In this document: in pieces, positions 25,224 through 35,422 of the stretch | Layout of the letters: each line of letters starts with the position of its first letter | Numbering within the stretch: the stretch's first letter is position 1 | Source: Nannocystis sp. RBIL2 | GTDB lineage: Bacteria; Myxococcota_A; Polyangia; Nannocystales; Nannocystaceae | Length of the DNA: 64,000 nt | Direction: 5' to 3' | Assembly (NCBI RefSeq): GCF_026626745.1 | Contig: NZ_JAPNJW010000002.1 | Span: forward strand, 1,254,151 to 1,318,150 | Made by a program: the position numbers and the translations under genes | The notes under the pieces: model-generated | Database searches by the model: none | Told to the model about the DNA's origin: nothing | The model's input: only the letters and a program-made list of their open reading frames with translations

Positions 25224-27623
25224 TCACACCCCTGCCGCCTGCGCGACCTCGCCGAGCGGGCGGGCGCGGCCGATCGCCGGGTCGGCGGCGGCAAGATCTT
25301 CGTAGGCCTCCGGGTTGGCCTGCTTGAGCGCCCCGCCGGGGGCCTCGGCCGTGCCGATGAGCTCGCGGATGCCGCGCGCCGACCCGTAGTAGTTGCCGTT
25401 GTCGTGGTCCTCGTCGCTGTTGCAGCGGCGGATCAGCGAGCGGGACAGCCGCGGCAGCTGCAGCATGTCGAGCGCCATCTCCCACAGGCCGTCGACGAGG
25501 TTCTGGTCGGCCGGGAACTCGAGCAGCCCGGCCAGCAACAGCAGCAGCCCGGCGCGCTGGCCGAGCGGCGTGTCGAGCGGCGGCGCGTCGACGAGGTAGC
25601 CGAGGTCGATCGCCCGCCACCACGCCTCCGCGGCGACCAGCAAGCGCTTGAGCTCCTGCGCGCTGTGGCTGAGGTGGCTGTGAAACAGCACGTCGGCGGT
25701 CAGCGCGTCACCGGCCGGATCGCGGACGTAGCGGACCACCGCGGGCAAGCGGCCGAGCTCCCCGCGCGGGCCCTTGCCGGCCGGCACGTCGCGCGGCGGC
25801 TCGGCGCCGCTGAAGAAGCCGCCGGCCCGGAACGCGTAGAGGATCTCGGCCTGGCCCGGCAAGCTGTCCCAAAGTTCAGAGTACTGCGTGACCCGGTTGA
25901 GGCTGCCGGCGGCCCAGCCGAGCCCGCGCGCGGCCTCGCCGCTGATCTGCGACGGCGACGCGCCGGGGTCGCGCGGCACCGCCGAGTCCTTGAGGCTCTC
26001 GGCGATCTCGACCAGGCGGAAGTCGAGGAAGCCGTCGTAGTAGTCGGCCTTGCCGTCGCGGTTGATGTCCTGGTAGCGCGCCACCACCAGCGGGTGGGCC
26101 GGGCCGATGAACTGCACGAAGTCGGGCGTGCGGCTCTGGCGGTGGTGCCACTGGGCCTTGCGGATCCGCTGGTCGATCGCCGCGAAGTCCTCCTCCTCGG
26201 CGAGGCCGCGCAGGATCGCCACGAAGCAGTCGATGCCCTCGGAGGCCACCACCTTGTCGCCCTCGCCGGTGCGGAAGTAGGTCGAGTCCCAGCTCGAGAA
26301 GATGTCGGCGTCGGGGAACATACGGGCGATGGCGAAGCGCGTGGTCAGCCCGGCGCACTGGCAGTTCATCATCAGCTTGTAGCCGACCTGCTGGGTCTGG
26401 ATCGCCGAGGCGCGCATGTCGTAGGCGCCGAGGTTGGCGTGGCGACTGACGAGCAAGCCGGTGAAGAACTCCTGCGACATCTCGAAGTTCTCGTCGCGCG
26501 GCGAGGCCGAGCGGGCGAACAGCAAGAACTCGCGCCCGCCCTTGCCGACGAACGGCGCCTGCAGCACCACGTAGCCCTCGCCCCACAGGTTCGGCGGCTT
26601 CGGCGTGCCCTCGGGCGCGGCGATCTTGGTGAAGCCGTACTTGGTCTGCAGCAGCTCGACCTCACCGGGGGAGAACTCGGACGCCGAGGCCAGGGCGAAC
26701 CGCCACGGCCCGGTCAGCGTGGCGTACGGCGGGGCCTGCCGCGACAGCGAGCGCAGCAGCGCCTGCGCGCGCGCCTGCTGCTCGGTTCGCAGGGCCGGGC
26801 CGCGCAGCGACAGCAGCGAGATGGCGTGCGCCCGCAGCTCGCTGCGCCCGCCGGGACCGGCCTCCTCGTCGACCAGTCGGAAGATGCGTCCGGCGGCTGC
26901 GTCGGCGGCGGCGCGGAACTCGGGATCCTTGAGCACCGTGGCGACCACGTGCGACAGCACGGTCAGCGCCGCCGAGCGCAGCTGCACCGCATCGTCGACC
27001 GCCCCGTGCGGGCCTGCGGGCGCCGCCGCGGTCAGCACCGCCTCGACCTGCTGCTGCAGCGCCCCCGCCTGCGCCGGCGTCAGCTGCTCGGTCCGCAGCG
27101 GTTCGTCGGGGAAGAACGCGCTCGGCGGGAACAGGCACTCGAAGCTCGACGTCCGCCGCGCGGAGATCCAGCGCGCCGCAGCGACGAACACCGGCAGCGC
27201 TGACATGTCCTTCGGGGCAGGTCCGGCCGCGTCGCCGGCCAGCTCGCCGGACGGCAGCAGGAACAGGGGAGCCGCGCCGTGGATGCCGGCGGTCAGGTCG
27301 AGCGCCGCCGCCTGCGGCTCCGGCCTGTCCCGAAGACCCTGTCCCGAGAGACCGGCGAGGCGCTGGCGGACGGCGCGGCGGCCGGGGAAGTCGAGCAGGA
27401 TCTTGTGCCCGACCGACGATCGCAGCAGCGCCTTGTCGGCCGCCGAGGGTTCGGCGACGAGGGCGACGTGGTAGCCGCGCTCGCCGGTGAGGTGGATCTG
27501 CACGCCCGGGCCGCTGCGAGCGCGCTCGAAGCTGCGGGTGGCCGTGCTGCCCGACTTGACCAGGACGGCGGCGAAACGCGTGGCCGCGGCGCCACGCCCG
27601 ATCCGAATCTCGATCTCCTTCAT
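25224..27623 (-). CDS. large hypothetical protein (799 aa)
   Basis: ATG at 27623 preceded by GGAGGG 4 nt upstream (ORF track extends to 27668); contains DINRDGKADYYDG Ca-binding-like loop; N-terminal 150 aa carries in-frame palindromic elements at 27199-27224 and 27324-27350. Confidence 0.6.
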   Translation of the reverse strand: MKEIEIRIGRGAAATRFAAVLVKSGSTATRSFERARSGPGVQIHLTGERGYHVALVAEPSAADKALLRSSVGHKILLDFPGRRAVRQRLAGLSGQGLRDRPEPQAAALDLTAGIHGAAPLFLLPSGELAGDAAGPAPKDMSALPVFVAAARWISARRTSSFECLFPPSAFFPDEPLRTEQLTPAQAGALQQQVEAVLTAAAPAGPHGAVDDAVQLRSAALTVLSHVVATVLKDPEFRAAADAAAGRIFRLVDEEAGPGGRSELRAHAISLLSLRGPALRTEQQARAQALLRSLSRQAPPYATLTGPWRFALASASEFSPGEVELLQTKYGFTKIAAPEGTPKPPNLWGEGYVVLQAPFVGKGGREFLLFARSASPRDENFEMSQEFFTGLLVSRHANLGAYDMRASAIQTQQVGYKLMMNCQCAGLTTRFAIARMFPDADIFSSWDSTYFRTGEGDKVVASEGIDCFVAILRGLAEEEDFAAIDQRIRKAQWHHRQSRTPDFVQFIGPAHPLVVARYQDINRDGKADYYDGFLDFRLVEIAESLKDSAVPRDPGASPSQISGEAARGLGWAAGSLNRVTQYSELWDSLPGQAEILYAFRAGGFFSGAEPPRDVPAGKGPRGELGRLPAVVRYVRDPAGDALTADVLFHSHLSHSAQELKRLLVAAEAWWRAIDLGYLVDAPPLDTPLGQRAGLLLLLAGLLEFPADQNLVDGLWEMALDMLQLPRLSRSLIRRCNSDEDHDNGNYYGSARGIRELIGTAEAPGGALKQANPEAYEDLAAADPAIGRARPLGEVAQAAGV

Positions 27624-27716
27624 CGCACCCTCCGAAGGCGCGAGCGTAACACGCTGCCCCGACGTCACCGGACGCGCGCTCCCACGCGCGCGAGCGCGGC
27701 GGCGCCGGAGAAACGC

Positions 27717-27737
27717 GACATGTCCTCAGGGACAGCC
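27717..27737. repeat. GACATGTCC-TCAG-GGACAGC composite palindromic element 3' of the sigma-54 activator gene
   Basis: gacatgtcctcagggacagcc. Confidence 0.6.
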
Positions 27738-27787
27738 AGTGAGCTCGGTGAACCGTGGTCACGCGCCGCGGTTCGATGTTCTGCGCC

Positions 27788-29206
27788 CTACTTCAGCGCG
27801 CCGCGGTGCGCGTGCGATTCGGGTGGCACGGGAGGCATCCCCGTCTGCGGAGCGACGCGGTATTCGTTGAGGCGGTACTGAATCTTGCGCGGCGAGATCC
27901 CGAGGATCTTCGCGGCCTTGCTCGTGCTGCCGCCGACGTGCTCGAGCGTCCGCAGGATCGCGTAGCGCTCGATCTCTCGCAGCGACGCGCCCGGGATCAC
28001 GGGCGCCGAGTCGTCGCCGCGCATCTTCGACATCAGCTCGCGCGGCAGGTCGCGCGGCTCGATCTCCGCCCCGCGCGCGAGCACCACCGCCCGCTCGACG
28101 CTGTTCTCGAGCTGACGGATGTTGCCCGGCCAGTCGCACCCGAGCAGCACGCCGAGCGCTCGCTCGCTGAAGCCGACCATCGGTCGGTGCGCCTGGGCGG
28201 CGAACTGCCGCAGGAAGTGCATCGCCAGCAGCGGGATGTCGTCCCGGCGCTCGCGCAGCGACGGCATGCGCAGGCTGACCACGTTGAGGCGGTAGTACAG
28301 GTCCTCGCGCAGCTTGCTGCCCTTGGCCGCGCCGAGGTCCTGGCTGGTCGCCGCGATCACGCGGACATCGGCCTGCAGCGGCTCGCTGTCGCCGACGCGG
28401 CAGAACGCCCGGTCCTGCAGGAACCGCAGCAGCGCCGCCTGTACGCCCGCCGGCAGCTCGTCGACGTCGGCGAGGAAGAGCGTGCCGCCGTCGGCCTCGA
28501 CGAGCCGGCCCTCGCGCAGCACCGCCTCGCCGTCGCGCACCCCGAACAGCTCGCGGGCGCACGCCTCGTCGGTGAAGCCGCTGCATTGCAGGCTGACGAA
28601 CGGGCCGCGGCGGCCGCTCCACTGGTGGATCAGGCGCGCCAGGTGTTGCTTGCCGGTGCCGCGTTCGCCGGTGACGAGCACCGACACCGGCGAGTCGGCG
28701 ACCTGGCGCGCGAGGCCGAGGAGGTCGCGGAACACCTTCGACTGGCCGATGATGCCGGCCCGCTGGTCGGCGCGCTGGCTCTCGAGCGCCGAGCGGAGGT
28801 GCCGGGCCTCGCGTTGCAGCGCGCGGTGTCGCAGGACCCGCTGCAGCACGATGAGCAGCTGCGGCAGGTCGACGGGTTTGCTGAGGTAATCGTCGGCGCC
28901 GAGGTGGAGCGCCTCGACGGCGCCCTCGACCGAGCCGAAGGCAGTCATCACAACGACCGCGACGTCAGGGTAGAGTTCACGAAGTTTGGATATGAGCTCG
29001 AGGCCGTTGAGGCCGGGCATCTTGACGTCGGTGATGACGACATCCGGCTCCCACTGGTCGATGCGTCCGAGCGCCTTGTATCCGTCGGCGGCGGACTGGA
29101 CTTCATAACTTTCCTCGCGCAGCAGCTCGCTGAGTGCAGAGCGTGCGCTTGACTCGTCATCGACCACCAAAATTCGGGTCGGCCTGGTCTCTTCAAATTT
29201 CGTCAT
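27788..29206 (-). CDS. sigma-54-dependent response regulator (NtrC family: REC + AAA+ + HTH)
   Basis: ILVVDDE...D..MPGLNG receiver, GESGTGK Walker A, GAFTGA sigma-54 contact motif variant ([11 protein letters not shown] region), C-terminal HTH; ATG 29206 with GGAGGT 7 nt upstream. Confidence 0.8.
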   Translation of the reverse strand: MTKFEETRPTRILVVDDESSARSALSELLREESYEVQSAADGYKALGRIDQWEPDVVITDVKMPGLNGLELISKLRELYPDVAVVVMTAFGSVEGAVEALHLGADDYLSKPVDLPQLLIVLQRVLRHRALQREARHLRSALESQRADQRAGIIGQSKVFRDLLGLARQVADSPVSVLVTGERGTGKQHLARLIHQWSGRRGPFVSLQCSGFTDEACARELFGVRDGEAVLREGRLVEADGGTLFLADVDELPAGVQAALLRFLQDRAFCRVGDSEPLQADVRVIAATSQDLGAAKGSKLREDLYYRLNVVSLRMPSLRERRDDIPLLAMHFLRQFAAQAHRPMVGFSERALGVLLGCDWPGNIRQLENSVERAVVLARGAEIEPRDLPRELMSKMRGDDSAPVIPGASLREIERYAILRTLEHVGGSTSKAAKILGISPRKIQYRLNEYRVAPQTGMPPVPPESHAHRGALK

Positions 29207-29248
29207 AGGCGGTACCTCCGCGGGGGCTTCGCCTACTCTGCGGGCGGA

Positions 29249-29266
29249 AGATGCGCGGGTGTAATG
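29249..29266. promoter_or_regulatory. near-perfect palindrome TTTGCGCG-N2-CGCGCAAA about 45 nt upstream of the activator gene start; two TGGCACG motifs lie 75-110 nt further (29339, 29357)
   Basis: read directly; candidate operator or terminator hairpin. Confidence 0.3.
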
Positions 29267-29369
29267 CATACTTTGCGCGCTCGCGCAAACCCGCGACCCC
29301 CGCCCACGACGTTTCTCCTATCGTTGCGAGATTTTCATGTCTGGCACGAAAGGCGCACTGGCACGGCGT

Positions 29370-30917
29370 TCAGCCAGTCGGCGCGTCATTCGGCGGCGGC
29401 GCCTCGCCCTCGCGAGGTGCCTCGGCCGGCGCCTGGCCGTCCGGCTGGCCTTCGGGCGGGACCTGACCGTCGCCCTGGCCTTGGCCCTGACCACCCTCGG
29501 GCTGCTGCACTTCCTCCATCGCCGGCGGCAGCGGTGGCGGCGGCAGTTGCTCGGCCGGGCGCTCGTCTTGCCGGGCCTCGGGCTCCGGCTCGGGCGGCGG
29601 CGGCTGGGTCGACGGCGTCGGCGGCGGCTCGGCCGGACGCATCTCGGAGTCAGGCGTCTTCGTCGGCTCGCGGTCCGTCCCGCCGGTCTCGCCGGCGCCG
29701 ACGCTCGGCTGCTCCGGCCCGTTGTTGCGCTCGAGCGCGTCCTTTTCCTCGGTCTTCTTCGTCGAACGCGACTTGGTGCGCGCCTTCTTGGCCGCCTCGC
29801 GCTCGGCGTTCTTCTGCCGCCGCTCGAGCATCCGCTCCTCGGTGGTCTTGGTCTTGACGCCCATGAAGCGCGGCTTGCCGACGGTGCCCCGCAGCTTGAA
29901 GCCGAGCCAGCCTTCGTCCGGCGGATCCATCCGCGACGACGGGCCAGCAGTCTGCACCGCGAAGCGCAGCGTCTCGCTCTTGTCTTGCAGCGCCTGCGTG
30001 ACCAGCAGCTTCATCTGGAACGCGAACTCGGACTTCGAGAACGGATCCTTGAGCGGCATGTCGCCGGTGACCTCGAGCTCGATGTCCGCGCTCTTGGTCT
30101 TGAAGTCCTCGACGGTGATCCGGCCCTCCGACACCTTCAGCTTGCCGACCAGGGTGCCGAGGTCGATCTCGGGGATGGTGATGCCCTTGGCGGTGATGCC
30201 CGACGAGCCGGGGATGAACAGCAGCTCCTGGCCGTCACCGATCAAGCACGAGGCACACTCGAGCGAGACCGACCCCTCGGCCTTCTCGAACAGGTTCTCC
30301 GGCATCGTCATGTCGACGTGGAGGGCGAACAGGCCGCGCAGCGGAGCGCCCAGCGCCTGCTGCAGCTTCGGCACCGAGCCGAGCGGCAGCTCGGTGACCT
30401 CGATCTTGATGCTCGACTCGCTGCTGCTGCGCGCGTACTCGGCGTGGATCGGCGCCTCGTCGAGCACCGTGTCGACCTCGACATCGATGTTGCCGAGCAG
30501 CAGGTAGCCCAGGATCGAGAAGTCGACGTCGACCGCGTCGAGCACCATCTGGTGCGGGATCTGGCCCGGGTGCGACGGCGCGTACGTCCACGTGACGTTG
30601 TAGAGCGTCGCGCTGCCCCACGGCCGCACCGACATGTCCTCGATGTCGATGAGGTAGCCGGCCTGGCGCGCCTGGTGGCCGATCCGCCACGCGAGCGCGC
30701 GGGTCGGCAGGCTGATCCAGATGAAGGCGAAGAACACGAACACGGCCAGGAACACCCAGCCGGCGGAGCTGCGGAGGCGCCGCGAGAACAGGCGCATGCG
30801 ATCGCCGAAGCCGCCGATCGGGGCGGCCGGCGCGACCATCGTGCCGCTCGCGGGCGGGGCCGCGGGCAGGTCGCCGCCGCGGCGGAGGTTGGCGAGGTTG
30901 GGCAGGCGGATCTTCAC
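29370..30917 (-). CDS. gspN: type II secretion system protein GspN-like
   Basis: last gene of gsp operon; GTG start with AGGAGGG upstream overlapping gspM stop; single N-terminal TM (WVFLAVFVFFAFIWISL), C-terminal low-complexity PEPE tail. Confidence 0.6.
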   Translation of the reverse strand: MKIRLPNLANLRRGGDLPAAPPASGTMVAPAAPIGGFGDRMRLFSRRLRSSAGWVFLAVFVFFAFIWISLPTRALAWRIGHQARQAGYLIDIEDMSVRPWGSATLYNVTWTYAPSHPGQIPHQMVLDAVDVDFSILGYLLLGNIDVEVDTVLDEAPIHAEYARSSSESSIKIEVTELPLGSVPKLQQALGAPLRGLFALHVDMTMPENLFEKAEGSVSLECASCLIGDGQELLFIPGSSGITAKGITIPEIDLGTLVGKLKVSEGRITVEDFKTKSADIELEVTGDMPLKDPFSKSEFAFQMKLLVTQALQDKSETLRFAVQTAGPSSRMDPPDEGWLGFKLRGTVGKPRFMGVKTKTTEERMLERRQKNAEREAAKKARTKSRSTKKTEEKDALERNNGPEQPSVGAGETGGTDREPTKTPDSEMRPAEPPPTPSTQPPPPEPEPEARQDERPAEQLPPPPLPPAMEEVQQPEGGQGQGQGDGQVPPEGQPDGQAPAEAPREGEAPPPNDAPTG

Positions 30918-31489
30918 GACTCACCCTCCTCGCCGCCGGGCACCGGCGCCGGCTCTTCGGGCTTCTGCAGCTGCCACGTGGCGAGCTCGACCTCGGCGTT
31001 GAGGCGGTCCTCGAGCGCCGAGGGCGAGCGCAGCATCAGGCGCTCGACGAACAGGATGTTGCCCGGCTGCCCCTCGAGCTTGGAGAGGAAGTTCAGCAGC
31101 TCCTCGAGCGCGACGTTGCGGACCTCGAACGCGACCACGCGCTTGGTCAGGCCCTTCTCCTCGTCGACCACCATCGCCTGCCGCTCCTCCTCGCCGCGCA
31201 GGGTGCCCGTGACGAGGTCCTTCTGCGCCTCCTCGAGGAGGATCGAGAACACGATCGGCTGGGCGCTGGCGATCCTGCCCTCGCGCGCCTCCTTCTCCTT
31301 CTTCTTGGTGTCGTACGCGGTGCCCTTGGTGCGCACGAGGACGAGGGCCTCGCGCAGCTCGGCGATCTCGGCGCGGGCCGTGTCGAACGAGCTCTTGCGC
31401 ATCATGTAGAGCACGCCGACCGCGGTGACGAAGAACACCAGCATCAGCACGCCGAGCAGCGCCCGCTCGCGCGGGTTGAAGCGGGACAT
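30914..31489 (-). CDS. gspM: type II secretion system protein GspM-like
   Basis: ATG 31489 (MSRFNPRERALLGVLMLVFFVTAVGVLYMM single TM), position between gspL and gspN; R-rich 5' extension of ORF rejected. Confidence 0.6.
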   Translation of the reverse strand: MSRFNPRERALLGVLMLVFFVTAVGVLYMMRKSSFDTARAEIAELREALVLVRTKGTAYDTKKKEKEAREGRIASAQPIVFSILLEEAQKDLVTGTLRGEEERQAMVVDEEKGLTKRVVAFEVRNVALEELLNFLSKLEGQPGNILFVERLMLRSPSALEDRLNAEVELATWQLQKPEEPAPVPGGEEGES

Positions 31490-31518
31490 GAACCCGAACA
31501 GGGTAGTTTCGATGGCGC

Positions 31519-33273
31519 TCACGACTCGGTCTCCGCGCTGCTGTAGCAGTCGTGCTCGATGTTGGGGTCGAACACCTTCTTGGTGCCCTCGTCGCGCACC
31601 TTGGCGACCTGGAACGGGATGACGCAGGGCAGCGTCTGCAGCAGCTTGTTCTTGAACCGCTCCTGCGCCGACGAGCGCGTGGCGGAGGCGCGGAACTGGA
31701 TCGCGCGCGGCCGGATCTCGATCAGCGACAGCACGAATTCGTCGTCCCACACGACGCCCGCCGAGCCTTCGACCGAGGGCAGCTGCACCGGCGACGTCGG
31801 CGTCGCCACCGACGAGCTCTCGGCGTCAGGGCTGGCGCCCTCCTCCGCGACCATCGGCGCCGGCGCCGGCGCCGGCTTCGGACCGGTCGGCGTGGCCGCC
31901 TTGACGAAGCCTGCGAGCACGTCGAGCGCGCCCCGCTGCGGGATGAGCTTGGTGATGTCGCGGCCGTCGACGGCGTTGAGGCGCTCCTCGATTTCGGCCT
32001 TCGAAATGAGCGCCTCGCCGAACACCTTGTGGCTGGCCTCGCCGAGCTCCTCCTCGTAGGCCGCGCGCTCCGCCTCGAGCGCGCTCGAGCCGATCACGGT
32101 GTCGACCACGCCGAACGCGAGGATCGCGAACCCGAGCGCGGCGACGGTGGCGATCCGCTCGGCGATCCAGCTGCCGTCGCCGCCGCGCTGGACGGCGGCG
32201 TCCTTGTGCAGCTGGATCAGCGGCCGGCGGGCGCAGCCGACGGCGCCGCCGAGCGCGGCCGACATGGCCGTCCAGTCATGTCCCGCGAGACCTTTGAGCC
32301 CGAGGCTCTCGCGCGGGCGGGCGCGCTCGGTCGGCAGCCCGAGCTGCTCGGCCAGGTAGGCGTCGAGGCCGCGGAGGTTGGCGCCGCCGCCGGACAGGCG
32401 CAGTTGCACCACCTCGGCCGAGAACTCGGCCCGCAGCCACATGCGCGTGTGCTCGATCTCCCGCACCACCGGCTCGAGCGCGCGGGCCACGAGCGTCGCC
32501 GACTCGAGCTGCTCCGCCGACAGGTCGCCCTGACCGCGGTGCGGCAGGAAGGCGTTGTCGCGCTTGGCCGCCTCAGCCTCGGCGTCGCTGAGCTGATAGC
32601 GCTGCTGCAGCGCGCGGGTGACGTGCACGCCGCCGCGGCGGAGCATGCGGGCCGCGAGCGGGCCCTTGGCGCCGAAGGCCACCAGGTCGGTGGTCGCGTG
32701 GCCGATGTCGAGGCCGAGCACCACCGGCGTGCGCGCCTCGGCCGGCGCGCCCTTGGCTGGCTCGGGCAGGTCGGCGGTGAGCACCTGCGCGGTCGCCAGG
32801 ACGTCGACCGTGATGAGCTTGACGTCGATCGTCGCCGCCTTGAACGCGGCCTGGACCTGGTCGATGGCGGAGCGGCGGACCGCGACCGCGAGCGCCTGGC
32901 CGCCGCCGCCGGAGACGGTCGCGGGCACGTGGTCGAGCTCGAGGTTCTCGAGCGGGACCGGGAACTGGCCCTCGGCCTCGAACGCGATCGCCTGGGCGAT
33001 CCGGCGCGGGTCGCTGAACGGGAACTTGAACACGCGATAGGCCGCGAAGCTGCCGGGCAGCACCACGCCGATCGGGTAGTGGTTCCAGCCGCGGCGGCGC
33101 AGCACGGCGATGCCGATGTCGAGCGCCGCGGCCAGCGAGGTGTCGCCCTGCGGGGTGAGCGTCACCGGCTCGACGACCGTCTCGAGCACCTGGATGGTGC
33201 GCAGGCCGGCGTTGATGAGCACGGCCTTGACTTCGGAGGTTCCGAGGTCGAGTCCTACGTACTTCTGAGCCAC
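31519..33273 (-). CDS. gspL: type II secretion system protein GspL-like (actin-like ATPase fold N-domain)
   Basis: MAQKYVGLDLGTSEVKAVL PilM/GspL-like start, position in operon. Confidence 0.65.
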   Translation of the reverse strand: MAQKYVGLDLGTSEVKAVLINAGLRTIQVLETVVEPVTLTPQGDTSLAAALDIGIAVLRRRGWNHYPIGVVLPGSFAAYRVFKFPFSDPRRIAQAIAFEAEGQFPVPLENLELDHVPATVSGGGGQALAVAVRRSAIDQVQAAFKAATIDVKLITVDVLATAQVLTADLPEPAKGAPAEARTPVVLGLDIGHATTDLVAFGAKGPLAARMLRRGGVHVTRALQQRYQLSDAEAEAAKRDNAFLPHRGQGDLSAEQLESATLVARALEPVVREIEHTRMWLRAEFSAEVVQLRLSGGGANLRGLDAYLAEQLGLPTERARPRESLGLKGLAGHDWTAMSAALGGAVGCARRPLIQLHKDAAVQRGGDGSWIAERIATVAALGFAILAFGVVDTVIGSSALEAERAAYEEELGEASHKVFGEALISKAEIEERLNAVDGRDITKLIPQRGALDVLAGFVKAATPTGPKPAPAPAPMVAEEGASPDAESSSVATPTSPVQLPSVEGSAGVVWDDEFVLSLIEIRPRAIQFRASATRSSAQERFKNKLLQTLPCVIPFQVAKVRDEGTKKVFDPNIEHDCYSSAETES

Positions 33274-33313
33274 GTGCGGCAGTCCTTGCGGTTGAAGATG
33301 GGAGCCATGGAGA

Positions 33314-34684
33314 TCAGTCCTCGCGCAGGTAGAGCCACGCGCCGGTGCCCTTCGCGCCCTCGCTGCGGACGAACTGCATGTCGTAGATGGCGGTGAGGCG
33401 CTTCTTGACCGCGCCGACCTCGGCGATGATCTCGATGCGATAGACCCGCTCGGGCGCGATGGTCGCGATGTCGCTGAGGCCGCCGAGCTGCTCGCCCGAG
33501 CTCTTGTCCTCCTCGCTGTTCTCGCGGATGTTCATGCCCTCGGGGATGCGCGGCAGGTTGGCCCGGTTGAGCGCCTGCCCGGCCGCCCCGCCGCCGCCGA
33601 GCGCGGCCATCGGGTTCATGAGCTTGTCGGGCTTCTCGACGAACTCCTTGAACGCCTTCATGTCGGTGAACAGGCTCATCGTCCGCGTGTCGACCACGTA
33701 GCGGGCCAGCGGCAGCGTCTTGATCAAGAAGTTCTCGCCCTCGGTCTTCCACTTGTCCTCTTCGGTGACCGAGTGACGCAGCACCAGGGCGATCTGGTCG
33801 GCGCTGGCGAAGTTGAGGTTGACCTTGCAGCCGCCGTAGACGGTGAGGTCGGCGGCGATCGCCGACATCAGATCGTCGTCGACGCCCTGGACCAGGTGCA
33901 GCTCCTCGACGCTGTCGATCCGGGCGTTGCGCGGCTGGTACGGGTCGAAGATCTCGGTGTAGCGGTAGCGCTCCTGCGTCGACGACGACGCCAGCTTGAC
34001 CATGTCCCAGGACTTGTTGTCCTCGTCGATGTAGTCGACGATCGCCTTGATGACGTCGGCCCGGGTGTAGCGCTGGCCGTCGCTCTTCTCCTCGTCGAAC
34101 AGCGGGTCGTAGAGCGTCGGCATCAGCATCGCCTCGAGCGTCTCGACGGTGCGCGCCTGCGAGTTGTCCTTGCCCTGCCCCGGCGACGCCAGGCAGTTGA
34201 CGTTGAGCTTGCCGCTCTCGGCCTCGACGCGGATCTCGAAGCCGCCGTGGTCGATGGCGAGATCCTTGAAGGTCGAGTTGTCGAGGCCGACGAGGCCCGA
34301 GATGGCCTCGTGGCCGTCCTTCGAGCCGAACGCCGACATCAGGTACGGCGCGACCTGGGTGATGTCCCAGGTGCCGAGCATCTGCCGGAACTGCTTCTGG
34401 TTGAACACCATGCGCTGCAGCTCGAACAGCAGCAGCGACAGGCGCATCCCGCCGCGGGTCAGGTTGCGCGCCGAGATCTCGTCGCGCAGGTTGATCGCGG
34501 CCTGCCAGTCGACGCGCGTGGTGTAGCTGAACGCGGCGGTGAACGGCAGCAGCACCGCGATGCAGGCCAGCACCATCAGCAGGGCGATGCCGTGCTCCTT
34601 GCCGCCGCCGCGCCGACGCGCCGCGCCGGACCTGGCCGGACGGACATGTCGCTTGGGCTTGGTGGTGGCGGCTTCGACGGTCAC
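33314..34684 (-). CDS. gspK: type II secretion minor pseudopilin GspK-like
   Basis: GIALLMVLACIAVLLPFTAAF N-terminal hydrophobic segment typical of GspK, operon position. Confidence 0.65.
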   Translation of the reverse strand: MTVEAATTKPKRHVRPARSGAARRRGGGKEHGIALLMVLACIAVLLPFTAAFSYTTRVDWQAAINLRDEISARNLTRGGMRLSLLLFELQRMVFNQKQFRQMLGTWDITQVAPYLMSAFGSKDGHEAISGLVGLDNSTFKDLAIDHGGFEIRVEAESGKLNVNCLASPGQGKDNSQARTVETLEAMLMPTLYDPLFDEEKSDGQRYTRADVIKAIVDYIDEDNKSWDMVKLASSSTQERYRYTEIFDPYQPRNARIDSVEELHLVQGVDDDLMSAIAADLTVYGGCKVNLNFASADQIALVLRHSVTEEDKWKTEGENFLIKTLPLARYVVDTRTMSLFTDMKAFKEFVEKPDKLMNPMAALGGGGAAGQALNRANLPRIPEGMNIRENSEEDKSSGEQLGGLSDIATIAPERVYRIEIIAEVGAVKKRLTAIYDMQFVRSEGAKGTGAWLYLRED

Positions 34685-34696
34685 GGCGTGAACCTT

Positions 34697-35422
34697 TCAG
34701 CGGGAGAAGTCGATGCGCTCCTGCATCGGGATGAGGGTCTGGGTCACGTACTTGACCTCCTTGCCGAGGTCCGCGTCCCACACGCCGAGGCTGATCTTCA
34801 CGCGCTCGGGCAGGCGGTTGGGCTGCATGTCCTGCTTCATCGTGCGCCACTCGTCGCGCCACTCGATGCGCTTGTTGTCCCAGAACTTGACGTCGAACGA
34901 CTTGATGTCCTCGCAGAACACGTAGGCCGGCCACCACTCCTCCATCTTCTCCGGCACGTCGGCCATCAGCCGCCGCGTCTCGCGCTTGAAGAGGTGGGTG
35001 CGGTTGGCGTCGTTCGGGTCCTTGGCGAGGAAGTACTGGACGACCGACTGGTCGCTCTCGTTGGCGTCCTTGCGCATGCGGATGTGGGCGAACGCCGAGA
35101 ACGTCAGGCTGTCGGAGTTGAACTGGTCGCGGCCCTCGAACAGCGTGTAGTGCCGGTCCTCGCCCGCCGGGCGGTTGTGCGACAGATAGGCCAGCGAGAT
35201 CTCGGTGCCCATGCGCGCCAGGCAGTTGCGCAGCACCGCGTACTTCTGCTGGGTCTTCTCCGCCGAACGCATGCTCTGCGCCGTGGTGCTGAAGCTGGCG
35301 TAGACCGAGGCGGTCATCATCGTCATCATCGCCACCGCGACGAGGATCTCGATCAGCGACAGGCCGCGCTGGCGGGCTGTCCTGGAGGACATGGTCGGAA
35401 CGACATGGCCGATGGTGCTCAT
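34697..35422 (-). CDS. gspJ: type II secretion pseudopilin GspJ-like
   Basis: prepilin-type N-terminus RGLSLIEILVAVAMMTMM; ATG 35422 with GGGAGGG 5 nt upstream, overlaps gspI stop; long G/R/H-rich 5' extension of ORF rejected. Confidence 0.7.
   Translation of the reverse strand: MSTIGHVVPTMSSRTARQRGLSLIEILVAVAMMTMMTASVYASFSTTAQSMRSAEKTQQKYAVLRNCLARMGTEISLAYLSHNRPAGEDRHYTLFEGRDQFNSDSLTFSAFAHIRMRKDANESDQSVVQYFLAKDPNDANRTHLFKRETRRLMADVPEKMEEWWPAYVFCEDIKSFDVKFWDNKRIEWRDEWRTMKQDMQPNRLPERVKISLGVWDADLGKEVKYVTQTLIPMQERIDFSR

Noticed and set aside
29337-31409. 690-aa plus-strand ORF across gspN/gspM
   Set aside because: Leu/Arg/Gly-rich antisense reading of well-supported gsp genes.
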